Positions 37,135-50,195 of a stretch of 64,000 nt of DNA are shown in pieces (the first letter of the stretch is position 1; each line of letters starts with the position of its first letter). Under the pieces are notes generated by a model. That model saw nothing but the letters and a program-made list of their open reading frames with translations. It was not told the origin of the DNA and searched no databases. The DNA is taken from NCBI GenBank assembly GCA_964016885.1, contig OZ024742.1, positions 181,102,001 to 181,166,000 on the forward strand. The letters are read 5' to 3'. The translations under genes were made by a program, and so were the position numbers. Origin of the DNA: Eledone cirrhosa (taxonomy: Eukaryota).

Positions 37135-39830
37135 CTGTGAGCGCCTGAGCACATTCGATGTGCCAGTCGCCCATTTTCCTCGGTCTTTGCTTTTACAGTC
37201 TTTGCAGTCTTTGCTGAGTCGTGGGAAGGCTCGCTTCACGAACGGGGCCCACACCGGTTGTCCGGGGTGAGGAATACGTGGAGGTGCCGCAGCCTGGGCG
37301 TGTGTTTGCGCATCGTCAGCCACGGCATCCCCAGCCCTCCGTGTGAAGGGTGTTGGCAGCAGATGGATCTTCTCACCAAAGGAGCCCATTTCTTCCAAAG
37401 GAATTGGAAGAGCGCGCGCTCCATTTGGTGAGCGTTTTGGCTTGACAAGGCAAGACGGTCAAGTAGTAGTAGATGACGGACGCTATAAATGTGTTCGCCA
37501 CCTCTGCTCGACCTTTCAAGGATAGTTTGCACTCACTCGGCCCACTTCTGGATGAGTGCACACACCTTGGCCGTCACCTCGTTCCAGTTCTTCTCCACCT
37601 GGAGGTCCAGACCAAACCAGACCCCGAGCAGGTTTGCCGGTCCTTCCGTCCAGCGTCCAACGACGCCATTGGAAGGCATCGATTTGCCTCTCCACGTTCC
37701 GAGTTGCAAACCGACGGATTTGTCCTGGTTCAGCTTCGCTCTTATGAACCTTTTGTATTCCTTCAGTAAGGTGCCGACCTCCCCGATTTGCGAGGTGCTC
37801 GACACCATTACTGCCACGCTGTCCCGGTTCCAAAGGGATGTCCTGCAATAGCTCCAACTACCGCAGTAGTGGCTCGAGAATCAGTATGTACAGAAGGGAG
37901 GAGAGAGGGCATCCTGTCGGATGGATTGCGTGATATGGAATGCTCCGAGAGGTAGCCGTTCACCTTGACCTTTGAGCAGATGTTGCTGCTGTGCATTGCA
38001 GCAATCCAGCCCCTGAACACGGGTCCGAAGCCTGCTGCTTCGAACACCGCATCCAGGTAACGATGGTAAACCCTATCGAAAGCCTTAGACTGATCCAAGT
38101 TGATCAGGGCCCCACCGAAGCCGGGTTTACACCCTATCCTCTCTATCATGTATCGCATGGGGGTAGAGGTTGTCATGTATGGACCTGGTCGGGATTGCGC
38201 ATGTCTGCGCTTCTCCCACTAGGTTTTCGACGACAAGCGCCAACTTCTTTGCCAACACCTTGGTCAAAACCTGTAACTGTGTTTAGCAGAGTTATGTGCC
38301 GGAAGTTGCCTATATCACCCCCCTTATTTTCGTCCTTCTTGACTAACGTGACTACGCCCTTGGTCACAGAACTGTGAATTCTCCCGTTCTGCTGCCAGTT
38401 GCAGTAGACCGCTTCCAGGAGACCGGAGAACAAGTCCGGCATTGCTACGTAAAATTCGTAGGGTAGACCTTCGAGACCTGGAGATTTGCGTTTGCCGCAT
38501 TGGCTCAACGCGTCCCCCATCGACCATTCGCAGAACTTCACCTCGCTGTGCAAGAGTTGCAGCAGGCCGTCGAGGTATGGACCGAAATCCATAGCCCCTC
38601 CCGGCGCGCTCAAACAGTTGAGCAAAGTTCCACTGAAAGGCTGCGCACATCTGCTTTGGCTCACGTATCACACGTCCGTCTTGGTCCTTCAAAGACCGAA
38701 TCGTGGACTTGTTCCCACTTTTCGCCTCCGTCACTCGGGCCCAGCTAACAGCTTTGGCTCCCTCGTTTCCCAGAGCACGTATTTTGCTCCTGAAAACGCA
38801 GCCTTCGTGCTTTGCGTCGAAGAACTGGTCCAAGGCCGTCCTCGTCGCTAACACGTTGGCTACGTTTCCACTCCTAAGTGCCTCTACTACTTGATCTACC
38901 AGTTCCTTTTCGGTCTTATTTCTATCTAACACTAATTCTTTACTAAAACCTATAGAGTCTAATCTAACTGCCCTCTTGAGAGAGTACCACCATCTGTTGT
39001 AGACAATGGCCCCCGTCAAGTGCTGCTTAACTAGAGTGCTAATCTTTCTACTGTAGGCTTTGCATGTCGGTAACGACAAGTTCAGCTTCCAGTAGCCGGG
39101 TCCCTGTCTATGGGTTCTGTCAAGGTTGACTAAGCAGGTCACTAGTTTGTGATCTGAATAGGCAACCATGAACATTTGTGGACAGCTTAACATGTCCCTA
39201 TCACTAACTCTAACTAGAAACCTATCTAGGTACGATCTAGATGTTCTGCTGTGGCTGGTCCACGTCCACAGTGGCACAGTCGGAAAATCTAGTCGATATC
39301 TATCGGCCAGTTGAATTCGGCCGATTAACTGTTTGAGGCTGTTTCACCCCCCTCTATCGGGACATGCTCCGACATTGTCCCAGCGTGCATCTAGTATTCC
39401 ATTCCAGTCCCCCCACTAACAGCAAGGAGCGGGATGTTCCCAGAAAAGTCTCTAGACGTTTGAAGAAGTCTGGCCGTGGTGTCCCAGATGGGGCATATGC
39501 GACCACCAGTCTGAAGGCTCCACCTTCACTACCGTCAACGTCTAGGACCACCAGTCGACCCTCCGAGTCCAGATGTAACATCTGTGTTACGAGGTCCAGG
39601 TGTTTCCGCAGCGAAACGGCAAACCCGCCCCCACCTCCCGGCTGACAGAGAGATGCGTAGATCTCAAAGTCGTCGAAGATGGGGGCCAGTTGTCGCTCGC
39701 TGTGGATCCTGGACTCGCAAATGGCTACTACATCCATACTGTGCGACCTGAGGTCGTTTAAGAGTTTGCCCTGTTTCCAGGGCATCCCCAGGCAGCGCAC
39801 ATTCACACACCCAACTCTTATATTGGCCAT
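37135..39830 (-). pseudogene. Tx1 ORF2 (APE-RT), frameshifted, YADD motif deleted
   Basis: ORFs 39354..39830, 38324..39277, 38173..38664, 37808..38176, 37533..37817 and 37236..37532. Confidence 0.88.
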
Positions 39831-41651
39831 GTTGGTGCTGAAAAGTTAAAAGAAGAGAAAAGAAATCACTCACCTCTTCGTCTCCTGGGGACCAGGCTGC
39901 ACAATTTCCATGGGGGTGTTGGAGTGGTTGTTTGTTGGGGTGGTGGTTTCTGGTGGAGTAGGGATGGAGATGTTTGGTGGGGAAGGGTCTCTGGTGGGAT
40001 GGGGTGGGGAAACATTTTAACAGGACTCGATTGTAGGGTTTGACGCAGGGGTTACCTACGTCGTTAGGAAATTTTCCTTTTAACTGTTTATGTGTGTCCA
40101 TGGAAATCCTAATCATTTTAAGATTAGGATTCTCCGAAGAGTGTGTAAAAGTTTTCCCTTCGGTCTCCACCGTATGGTGTCTGTTAAAGTTTTGTTGTTA
40201 GTATTTCTAGGTGTAACCTTTTTGTTGTGTTGTGTTGCTTTTTGTCTGTGGTTCTTGTGTGTGTTTACGTTTTGTAGTAGGTGTTTTGTTTTCAGGAGGG
40301 GGTGTTTTTGTTTGTGCTGTTTGCGTCGCTTGTGTTGGTGTTTATTTGTTTGTGTTATGTCTTTTCTTTTTTCTTTTTACTGGTCGGAAAGGCTCTCCCT
40401 CATCGTTACTGGGTGACGATGATGAGGCCTCATCCGTGTTGTTGGGGAGTACATTTTGGGGAGCTGTTATATGTGTGGATGTGTGGGTGTTTCTGGAGTT
40501 GTTTTAGGGGGAGGGGTTTTGTTGACACTATTTGTTTATGTTGTTGTTGCGGTGGTGATTGTTGTGCTGGTGTTGGAAGTGTTGGTAGTTGTGCCTTTTT
40601 GGGGCTCGTTAGCCGAGGACAGGAAGCTCTCAGGTGACCCCTGCTTAAGCAGTGGTAACATGAGGGCCGCCTACCCTCGACCGAAATGTTTATGTATATA
40701 AGCCCATCCAGTAGCATACGTTCCGGGATCCTAGCTATTCGTTCTGGTGTCATTTAGACCAGAATTTCGAGGCTAGTTCCGCTGAACAGGTCGCCGGAGG
40801 ACTTATCTACCGATATTATTGAGTCCTTTTTTGAGGTTTAAAAATCCACATAGTACCCACTAAATGTCAATATTTGGTGTGATACTTTGGATTTTTATTT
40901 TCTGTGTTCTTTTCCCTATTTAAGTGGTGAAAAAAGTGCACAGCGGTAACACAATTGGAGACACAGAATATACCTGTGCCGTCAATTGGTCTTTCATCAG
41001 AATGGATAAACTCCCGTAGAGTCTACTCTTCTGAATGAAAGCAATGTCTTTTAAGGCATCTTTTAAAACCAACTCAATTTCACATTGTGAAAGTTGAGTT
41101 GGTTTTCGGGTTTTGTTTGAGACTGTCCTGAAAACCACAGTTTTCAAGGCAGTTTCTCTTCGCAAATCTGGGGGAGAGTTTATGGAGAATGATCCGTTCT
41201 CCCCAAAAGTTATGTACTGTCTGGCGTTTCCCAAAAGCTCATTTGCATTTGAAATATCCACCGGAGTGTAGCTTACCGTTTTCTTTACGGTTTGCGCAAA
41301 CGGTATTTTGTCGTTTACTGCCTTGTTGCAGTTATTGGTCTTGTTGTTGTTGTTATTGTTCTTGTTGTTGGTGTTGTTTTCGTTCATAGTATTATTGTTG
41401 TTGTTGTTGCTGGTGCAGCTGGTTGTGTTGTTTTTGTTCATTATTTCACACTTTTGGTTTTGGTTTGTTGCCATGGCAACGTCAAGTTGTTGGTCAGCAG
41501 GTGAACAAAATCCTTCCTCTGACTGACCTTTGTCTGAGATATCTGCTACTATGACAGTGGAATGGAGAAGCTGTAAGCATATCTTCCCCTTTCCTCCTTC
41601 AAATGAAGCTGTTGCTTCAGACATTTTTTTTAAAAACGTTAGTTTTTCCAA
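39830..41651 (-). pseudogene. Tx1 ORF1 (gag-like, Zn knuckle), frameshifted
   Basis: ORFs 40920..41651 and 40430..40753, with CX2CX4HX4C. Confidence 0.75.
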
Positions 41652-42039
41652 AAAATGTTTTATGAACTATTTCGCCTAAACGCGTAGAATATTTTGAGAG
41701 ACTGGCCAGATCAAAATTTGACCTGGCAGTCCCTCTACAAATTGATATAAAAATGAAGGTTCACAGTCAAAAATGTCTATAAAAATTTAAGCAGAACTTA
41801 CCCAGCAAGTTTCACGCGTGTGTCCATCCCAGCGATTAGATAAATATATTTAGACAGGTTAGTAACTAAATGCCATTTTCATTGTCCAAAGGTAGGTATA
41901 TATATAAGTAGATAGCTAGTATTCTCAATGTTTTGTCTTTTGCTGTCCTTAATGTTTTCTTCATGTAAACCTTTTGTAGTTAATAAAGAAATCATCATAT
42001 CATCATATCATATCATCACCATATCATTATCACAATCTC

Positions 42040-43912
42040 ATCATCATCATCATCATCATCATCTTCGTTTAACGTCCATCTTCCACGCTAGCATGGGTTA
42101 AACGCAAGTTGTCCCACTTGAGGCAAGGTTGGTTGAGTGACCGTGTCTCGCTCAAATAGGACTATCTGGCAGGTTTTCTACGGCTGGATGCCCTTCCTAA
42201 CACCAACCACATTTACAGTGTGGAACTGGGAACTTTTTACTGTGTGTTTTTATTGTCGTGACACCTACACGACCTCGATCTCAATCTCATTAATTTGGAC
42301 TGGATGTTGTGGTACCATCTTTACAAAGAGAGAGGGTGGTGTTGGTGGGAGTGGGAGGATAGGGTAGGGGTAGTGGATTGGGTGTATATTTGGTTAAGAG
42401 ATGCCTACTGACTGTAGGTTTCACTTTGTACATAGGCAACGCGGGTCTTCTGTATTACTGCGTAGCGCCAAAGATCGTAGTCCAGTGACATTGTCTTAGA
42501 GAGGTGTAAGTGTGTAAAGTCAGAATTTATCAAGTCGTCCCAGGTTTATTTGGGTCTACCTACTCTGTAACTACCATCAATTTTGATTGCCCTGCACATT
42601 TTTATACAGTTGTTGTCTTTCATGCACATCACGTCACCATACCAACATAGTCTTCCTTCAAGTAGACAGCATCTGATCCCTCTTATTCCTAATTTCTCCC
42701 TTAGTTCATTTATGCTTTGCCGTTCACGTATATTACTATTACACATCCAACGGAGCATGCATGCTTTGTTCCTTTCCAGTCTGCGCAGGTCCTCTGCACA
42801 CAATGCCCATGTCTCACTGCCATGTAGCATTGCTGTTCGTATACAGGCATCATACAATCTGCCTTTCATTTTTAGAGAGAAAACTTTTGTGGCCAACATC
42901 AGTATAAGCTCTCTGAACTTTTTCCATCCCGTTCTGACTCTGGCTACTGTACTTTCAGAGCACCCTCCATCACTACTGATTTTGTCACCCAGGTAACGGA
43001 AAGTTCTATAGAATCATCTGGTAAATAGAAGGAGCTAGTATCCTGTGGGCACTTGCTACTTATTGCACCTGAGCATCGGCCATATATAAAGTCTTTGTTC
43101 TTAGATAGTTTACCTGTGATCCCACTACATCTTTTATGTACCCATAGTTTGCATTTGGGACATAAAATGGAATTTCTGCCTACTCCTTTCCTATACACTG
43201 AGCATGGCCATTTCCCTGAGGGCACCTGTGCCCTATTTTCCTTTCTACAAACTAGACAAGTTAACTTTAAGGCTTTTTGATTCTAGGCCATTCTTCCATG
43301 TTTGGAATTTCTTCTCTAGTTCAGCCATAGATTCAGCTATGAGTTCGATCATCTGCATATAGGAGTTCCCATGGGCAGCCGGTCTTAAACTCCTTTGTTA
43401 TAGCCTGAAGGGCAATAATAAATAGGAGGGGGCTAAGGATATAGTATGTCCCACCATTCCAGATGCCTTCAACATCTCAGCATCTATCTCCGAAGGCCCA
43501 GCTGCCTTGCCTGTCTTCATATCTTTGATTGCCTTACTTATTATACTACCTTTAACTTGCACCAATGGTCCTTCTATTGGATCGATTTGGGGCAGACTAT
43601 CTTTTTCCCATTTATTCTCCTCATTTAATAGCTCGTAGTGACACTTCCAAGCTACCTTCTTATCAGTATCAGTGAGAGCAAGTACACCATTATCATTACG
43701 GATACACTTCTCCCCGACAATATCATGGTTTTCCTTGATACATTGCCTAGCAATCCTGAACACCTCACATTTTTGGTCCTCATGTTGTAGAATATGCTTG
43801 AACTTTCTATCCTCTGCTTCCCTTTTTGCAAGGTACACTTGTTTCCTAGCTTCTCTCTTGGCCACTTGATAGTGTTCTCTACTTCCCCCATCCTGCCATA
43901 CTTTCCAAGCCT
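42040..43912 (-). mobile_element. RTE LINE (same lineage as 27699-29440), 5'-truncated with an internal deletion
   Basis: AKREARKQVYLAK..KAAGPSEI..MLKASG is joined at ~43440 directly to LSPLLFII. Then PHD KWPCSVY..CPKCKLWVHKRC, HGSETW, and the same 3' UTR motif and tail. Confidence 0.92.
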
Positions 43913-43919
43913 ATCATCA

Positions 43920-44790
43920 TCATTTTTTTAAAATTTCCTTTGAATTCTGCTTCTTTCCCAAATTATGCTGAGTGTCAAACTGGCACCTGAGACAAAATTT
44001 GATAATACACACATCTTAGAATCAATTGTCATACAAATGATGCCACAAGGGCACAAACAACAGTAAATGCCTTTGCAAGGTTTTTCAATTGATAATGCCC
44101 TTCTCAGGACATGGACAGTGCCAATCAGCAATTCTGTATCTCTTGCAGGTATCCAGTCCAAATATTTTTCATTACCTTTTTTTATCATTCCAAATGTACC
44201 GACTATCACTGTATTGTACAGGCCTTAAGATGCCGCATTTTCTCAATTTCAATTGATAGATCTTTATACTTACTGAGCTTTTCAAACTCATTCAAGTAGA
44301 TATTTTGATAGGAAAGAATGCTGATATCAATTAAGAAATATTTTTTCTCATCCTGGTCTTTCACAATAATATCAGGTCTATTGGCCTTGATTGTTCTGTA
44401 AGTGCTCACAGGGAAATCCTATATGATTATTACATTCGTGCCTCTTGTTACAGCATCTGAGTGATGGTTGTACCATTTCCCTCTGTTTTCAGGCCATAAA
44501 GCCTGCATATAACCCAGTGTAAGTATTTCCCCACTCTATCATGCCTCATTTTATATTCCTGAGCAGCTAATACCTTGCAGCCTGAAACCAGGTGGTAAAT
44601 GCTCCTAACATGTTCATTAAAGAATTAACATTTCAGGTCAATTCCATTTCTGATCACATTGGATTGAAAGTTGCACATTGAAAGACACTGGTGTTGTGAA
44701 GCCAAAATGAAGGCCTCACTTTCTGCCTTTAGCCCAGAACTCTGCAGCCACTGATAGGTGAACGTTTGATCTACATCAGGTTGCTACAGA
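43920..44790 (-). mobile_element. R4/Dong-clade non-LTR relic (CCHC + restriction-like endonuclease + 3' UTR)
   Basis: WLQSSGLKAESEAFILA, HLVSGCKVLAAQEYKMRHDRV, ANRPDIIVKD..LIDI..EFEKLSKYKDL. Confidence 0.85.
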
Positions 44791-44877
44791 GAACATACTG
44801 CCCATGTGGTGGTTTTTCTCCTATTTAGTGCAGTCTCTATTTACCTTTATGTCTTGCCAACACTTTTATTATACTGT

Positions 44878-45095
44878 ATTGGCAGTATCAATAGAGCATC
44901 AGACAACATGCTTTGCAGCATAAAGCTATGGCCCTTTACGTTCCAGGTTCAAATCCTGCCGAGATTAGCTTTGCTTTCCATCCTTATGGTATCGATAAAA
45001 TAAGCACCAGTAATGCACTAGGGGTCGATTTTTCAACTTTCCCCTTCCAAAAAATTGCTGGCCTTGTGCCTAAATCAGAAACCATTATTATTATT
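44878..45095 (+). mobile_element. Full-length Nin/Deu-core SINE
   Basis: ttggcagtatcaatagagcatcag..ggttcaaatcctgccgag..gtatcgataaaataagcaccag..(att)n. Confidence 0.85.
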
Positions 45096-45929
45096 TATTC
45101 ATTTATTTATTTATTTATTTTTCACTCAATGTTTCGTTGTTGTTATGTTGGTATGGGATTGTTAGGTATCAAGCTATCTCCAACAGTCTTAGGTATCTAA
45201 TCCCTTCTGTATAGTTCATACTGTGTCAATCAAACAACCATCTGTAGAGTCAGTAAATTTTCTGCTATATCCAATATTTTCAACCAAGTTTTCAAACATT
45301 TAACCACTCACCCTACGGCTCAATTATATTGATAACAACTTTGTTGCAATTCCAAATTATTCTTCTCCTCCTCCATCTCCATCCTCCGCTTCCTCCTCCA
45401 CCCTCCTCGCCACCTCCTCCCTGTTCTCCATCTTCTCATCATCAAACAAATGATAGAAAAGAAATACATAAAGGAAATAATCAATGATTATTAATATTAT
45501 AATTATTTCAAGTTAGAGCATTGTTAGAATTTTAAGTAGCCACAAGACATAAAAAATCAATGGAGGTGTTGATATGAGTCATTTTGCTGATGAAACAAAT
45601 CAGTTCATTTACCTTTTAGAGATGGCATTTGACAAACTTGATTGAACTGAATAATCTTTATTTTATTTTATTTATTCATTTACTTTTTACTGTTTATTTA
45701 GGAAAGGTAGATCAGGACCCATGATCCTTTTAAGAGCCTCTGAGATAGGAGAAAAAAATGAAGGGAAAGTATCCTCAAGTACACTCATATGTGTTTTTCT
45801 CTTTTGGTTTCAGTCATAATGTCTAGTTCAGCTTAGTACTGGCATGGTTTGGATGGGTTGTCCTGTTCTGAGAAAAGACAGATCAGATGATTCATTTTGG
45901 TATGATTTCTCAAATGATGACTGTTTAAA

Positions 45930-46290
45930 CCTGTTGATACTAAATTGGTCTTTGGAGTAATGTTACTTGATAGAATGCATAGCTTAGAGATCAGAGTGCT
46001 GCTCCACATAGAACCACTACTTCTCTTAATTGAGAGGTCACTGCTCCAATATTATGGGCATGTGGTTAGAATGTCTCATGAAAGAATCGCTGGACAGAAT
46101 CGATGGGCAAAACCAACCAGCAGGAGACCCAAGGGTAGACACCTAGCAAGAGATTTGGATAACATCCATGAGCTTGACTAGTCTCACTTGAGGAACCAGC
46201 TGGATCAATTGAAGATGGTTGCATCTGAGAGGAGTGTTTGAGGACTCTGTCCCATGATCCTCTCAGGAATAAATGGGTGAAGAAAAAGAT
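45930..46290 (+). mobile_element. Expander/Rex3-like RTE 3' fragment
   Basis: DRMHSLEIR..IEPLLLLIERSLLQYYGHVVRM..PTSRRPKGR. Confidence 0.75.
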
Positions 46291-46396
46291 ACCAAACTGC
46301 CTGTAACTGCCTTTGTTCTATGATAGAAAGCTGTTTTTATTAGGTATTTATATTTATCTAAAAACTACCCATCAAAGTCATATGCAAGAAACTTCC

Positions 46397-46628
46397 TTAA
46401 CCCTTTTATGACTGAATTTTTAATTAAATACATTCTAGTCTAATTAATTAATGAAGAATTTTGAAGGATTTACTAAAATTATTAATTATTAAGATAGTAA
46501 CTTAACATAATGTTCTTATATAAAATTATGTTGGAAGACTTTAATTTAAATTGAAAACTTTTAAAATGGGTGATTTTATTTCATAGAACCAGAGCCAGTT
46601 TTAGCTGAGTTGGTAGCTAAAATGTTAA
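46397..46628 (+). mobile_element. TTAA/piggyBac-like MITE (family M1)
   Basis: ttaacccttt ... aaaatgttaa. Confidence 0.7.
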
Positions 46629-46988
46629 ATTATGCTCCAAACACCAACATTATAATGGAATATTTAGCTATTGTTACAAAATTTCTCTGAATAATTGGTT
46701 ATTTTCAAACATTCCATGAAAATTATTGGCAACGTGTTTCTTTAGGGTTAAGATGAAGTCAAATTAAAAATAGAATGGACTATTTCTTCCAGTTGTAAAA
46801 ATTACTATAGAAAACAGCAGCCAACCAGTAGGATGAAATTCTCAGTCATACAGTCACCTGATGAAAAAAACTACACAGTATAGTTGAGAGAGAAATTCTA
46901 TAAGGAGACAATTTTGAGAAATAAATGTTTAGAAGTTGAAAAAAAAATGAAAATTCCCACAAACAACTTCACACACATAAAATATATA

Positions 46989-47872
46989 CAGGGTGCGGGC
47001 GATATTTGTTTGCAAGATTACTCTCTGGGAAAAAATAACACAGTAGTTGTATTTTTTAAGATATATTTATCAAACTTGGGTCGGTTTGTTTTCATGACTT
47101 GTTCTTTCGATCTCTCTCGATAAACCCGCCATTGACTTTGATGACGGCCTCAAGGCGACCTCGGAACCGGCTACAGGCCTTCGTCACTGTCCCCCGACTA
47201 AAGGCACTTGTGATCCTGGCCTTCAGATCGTCTTTTGTATTGCAGCTAGATCTGTTGGTGTCTCGTTCCACTGCGCCCCACACAAAGAAGTCAAGGGGGT
47301 TGCAGTCAGACGAGCTGGGAGGCCAGATTTCAGGTGAAGTGGGGTCGACGAAGCTCTCTGACAGCCAGGCTTGGGTCTTTTGGCTGGTATAGCAGGGCGC
47401 TGAGTCTTGCTGCCACACGTACGGCCTACCTGCAGCTACCTGGTTGATCCAGGGCTATACTACCTCGCTCAGAACGCGGATGTAGCCATCGGTGTTCAGC
47501 TTGAGGCCTTCAGGGAAGAAGTGAGGTGGTATGATGTCACCTTGACTGCTGACGACACCTAAGACCAATGTTGTCGCTGGAAACTTTGTCTGCATGACTC
47601 TGGGCACGTCTTTGGATGAGACAGTGAGCCACCTGTTGTTCTGGAAGTTGATCTTCTGGTCCTTATTTGTCCTCATGGTGCGGATTCCAAGAAGAACTCC
47701 GTGTCTCTTCCACAAATTTGGAGGTTCAAAATTATTCATAATCAATTATTCTGAAAATAAATAATTGAAATATAGTCACTGTTTTTATGAAGACAAGAGT
47801 GACAACGGAAGTAAAAAAAATTTGCATAAAATTAGCAGTTGAAAATTGCGAACAAATATCATCCACACCCTG
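46989..47872 (-). mobile_element. Tc1/mariner DD37D (maT-type) transposon, internally deleted
   Basis: TA-flanked TIRs cagggtgcgggcgatatttgtttgcaa / ttgcgaacaaatatcatccacaccctg. QQDSAP...WPPSSSDCNPLD has 37 residues between the two Asp. Confidence 0.9.
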
Positions 47873-47924
47873 TATATTTACTCACACATGGACATATTTA
47901 TATATTTATGTATGTATAGACATA

Positions 47925-48118
47925 AATAATTGTTTCTACTTTTGGCACAAGGCCAGCAATTATCCCAGTGTATTACTGGTACTTTATTTTATCGACCCCA
48001 TAAGGATGAAAGGCAAAGTTAACCTCGGCGGCATTTGAACTCAGACCATAAAGGGCCGTAACTCTTTGCTGCAAAGCATGGTGTCTGATCCTCTACCGAT
48101 ACTGCCAATCCACCACCC
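47925..48118 (-). mobile_element. Nin/Deu-core SINE
   Basis: Same family as 12312-12530 and 59655-59838. Confidence 0.85.
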
Positions 48119-49085
48119 TTATGTATACACATAAATAATATTGAACAAAAGATAACTGTGGGATAAATTTATTTATTCCTTTTACATATATTTCATTTCT
48201 CAAACTTGTTCATATATATATATATGATGATGATGATATATATATATATATAAATACCATTATCATCATCACCGTTTATCGTCTATTTTTCCTCAAGCAT
48301 GGATATATATATATAGTATATATACACATACACTTGCATACATATATATATATGTACACAATAATTTTCATTATTATTATTATTATTTTAATGCAAATGT
48401 ATGTGTGTGTGTCATACGTAGCTATAAATATATACAAACACAAATATATATGTGTGTATGTATATAAATAATAAAAATATATATATATATAATTAATTTA
48501 AAGTAGACGATGAGACAAAAGAAGAATCTAAAGGAATATAGAAGAAAGTGGCACAGGCGATAATCTATTGAGATTCAAGGAATCGGCAATAAACAAATTA
48601 GTTTCGTGAAGAAGACAATTATAATAGAGATAATTGGCAAAATATAAAAGGGAATATATACAAAGCTCGAAGGTTTTGCTCAGTCAAACTGACTATTTGC
48701 TGTGTTAATTGTTGCAACATAATCTACTTGATATCAACAATATATAGAGCTGGAATGTTAAACACATCTACCTATCTACCTGTTTATCTACTTATCTCTC
48801 TCCCTCTTTCTGTTTCTCTTTACCTCTTTCTCCCTCTCCCTATATATATATCTCTCTATATATGACATAGGCTATGAAAACATTTTTGTCTAGTCCCTTG
48901 CACCATGTCTTTGGTTTGGATTGGCCTGGAAACGTAACCTTATTACAAAATGATGCTGTCTGATGAGGTTATATGACTGGTTACATGATTGAACAATCAC
49001 ATAGCCATAATCATCATCGAAATATGCATCACAGCTTTGTTAATAAACATCTCTTTAACATTTACACCAGACTTCGCATTTTCCT

Positions 49086-49125
<40 letters not shown>

Positions 49126-49139
49126 ATATATATATTTAA

Positions 49140-50195
49140 TCATCATCACTTTACATATGCCTTTCCATGTTTCTTTGTCCTCTCCTTTGTTAGCTTTAAT
49201 GATTTTGAGATCAGCTCCCACCTCCTCTGCCCAGGTCTTCATTGGTCTTTCTCAACTGCAGCTTCCTTCTGCTGAGATTCCTGTCATTTCTTCACCCATT
49301 GACCATCATTCATGTACATCACATGTCCATACCAATTCAGTCTCTTTTGCACCCACTTCTGATTCCTCTTATACCCAGTTTTTCTCTCATTTCATCCATG
49401 CTTTGTGGTTTATGTACATTAACACTGCACATCCTTCAAAGTATGCTTGCTTCATTTCCCTCCAGCCTTTGCATATCCTCTTTATTCACTGCATATATCT
49501 CAATATCATGCAACATCACACTCTACACATGGGTGTCATGCAGCCAGCCTTTCATTCTTAGGGAGAAAATGTTTGTTGTCAGCAGAGCAAGTAACTCCCA
49601 AACTTATCCATCCTGTCCTTATTCTAGGTACTATGCTCTCAGCGCAACCTCCTCCACAGTTATTTCGACCACCTAGGTGGCAAAAGCTATCAACCACTTC
49701 TATGGGTCCTTTCTGAGATTTGAAAAGTTTTATATCACTGACACTCTTACTATCAATTAACCAAGAGCATCTACTACATACACTATTTTCCTTTCCTGTT
49801 AGTTTGTCTGCTATCTCATTACACCTCTTGCGTAAGCAAGATTTGAATTATGTATAAAATTTATGTCTATTATTTTTCTATATATCAAGCAGAGCCTCTT
49901 CCCTGATGGGATCAGTGACTTGTCTTTTTTCCTACTTATTAACATTTTGGTTTTTGCTAAGTTTACTCTCAGCCCTTTTGATTTTAAGTTCTGTTTCCAC
50001 AGATTCAGCTATAAGAATAAGATCAACAACATGCATATGTTCCCATGGACAGACAGTCTTAAACTTCTCTGTTACAGCTGTTAGAACTATAATAAACAGA
50101 AGTAGGCTGAGGATGATGCACTCCTACGTGTACCTTAAATTCCTCATGGAAATTTCTACTCACATTTTACTGACACCTTCCAATATGGCTATCTA
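49140..50195 (-). mobile_element. Old, decayed RTE LINE (lineage of 5161-8345)
   Basis: Remnants of LFIIVLTAVTEKFKT, GLRVNLAKTK, IPSGK, RKRC, EVVDSFCHLG and KTWAEEVGADLK. Confidence 0.8.

Larger units (their letters stand above)
37135..41835 (-). mobile_element. Tx1/L1-type LINE: 5' UTR, ORF1 (CCHC knuckle), ORF2 (APE + RT); ORF2 C-terminus absent
   Basis: ORF1 VEGRRPSCYHCLSRGHLRASCP. ORF2 IRVGCVNVRCL, AICESR, VAYAP, YSDHKLV, GPGYWKLN, KSPGLEGLPYEFY, NFRHITLLN, LDQSKAFDRV, LLGVWFG, GGLGMP. Ends at ..WHIECAQALT. Confidence 0.93.
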
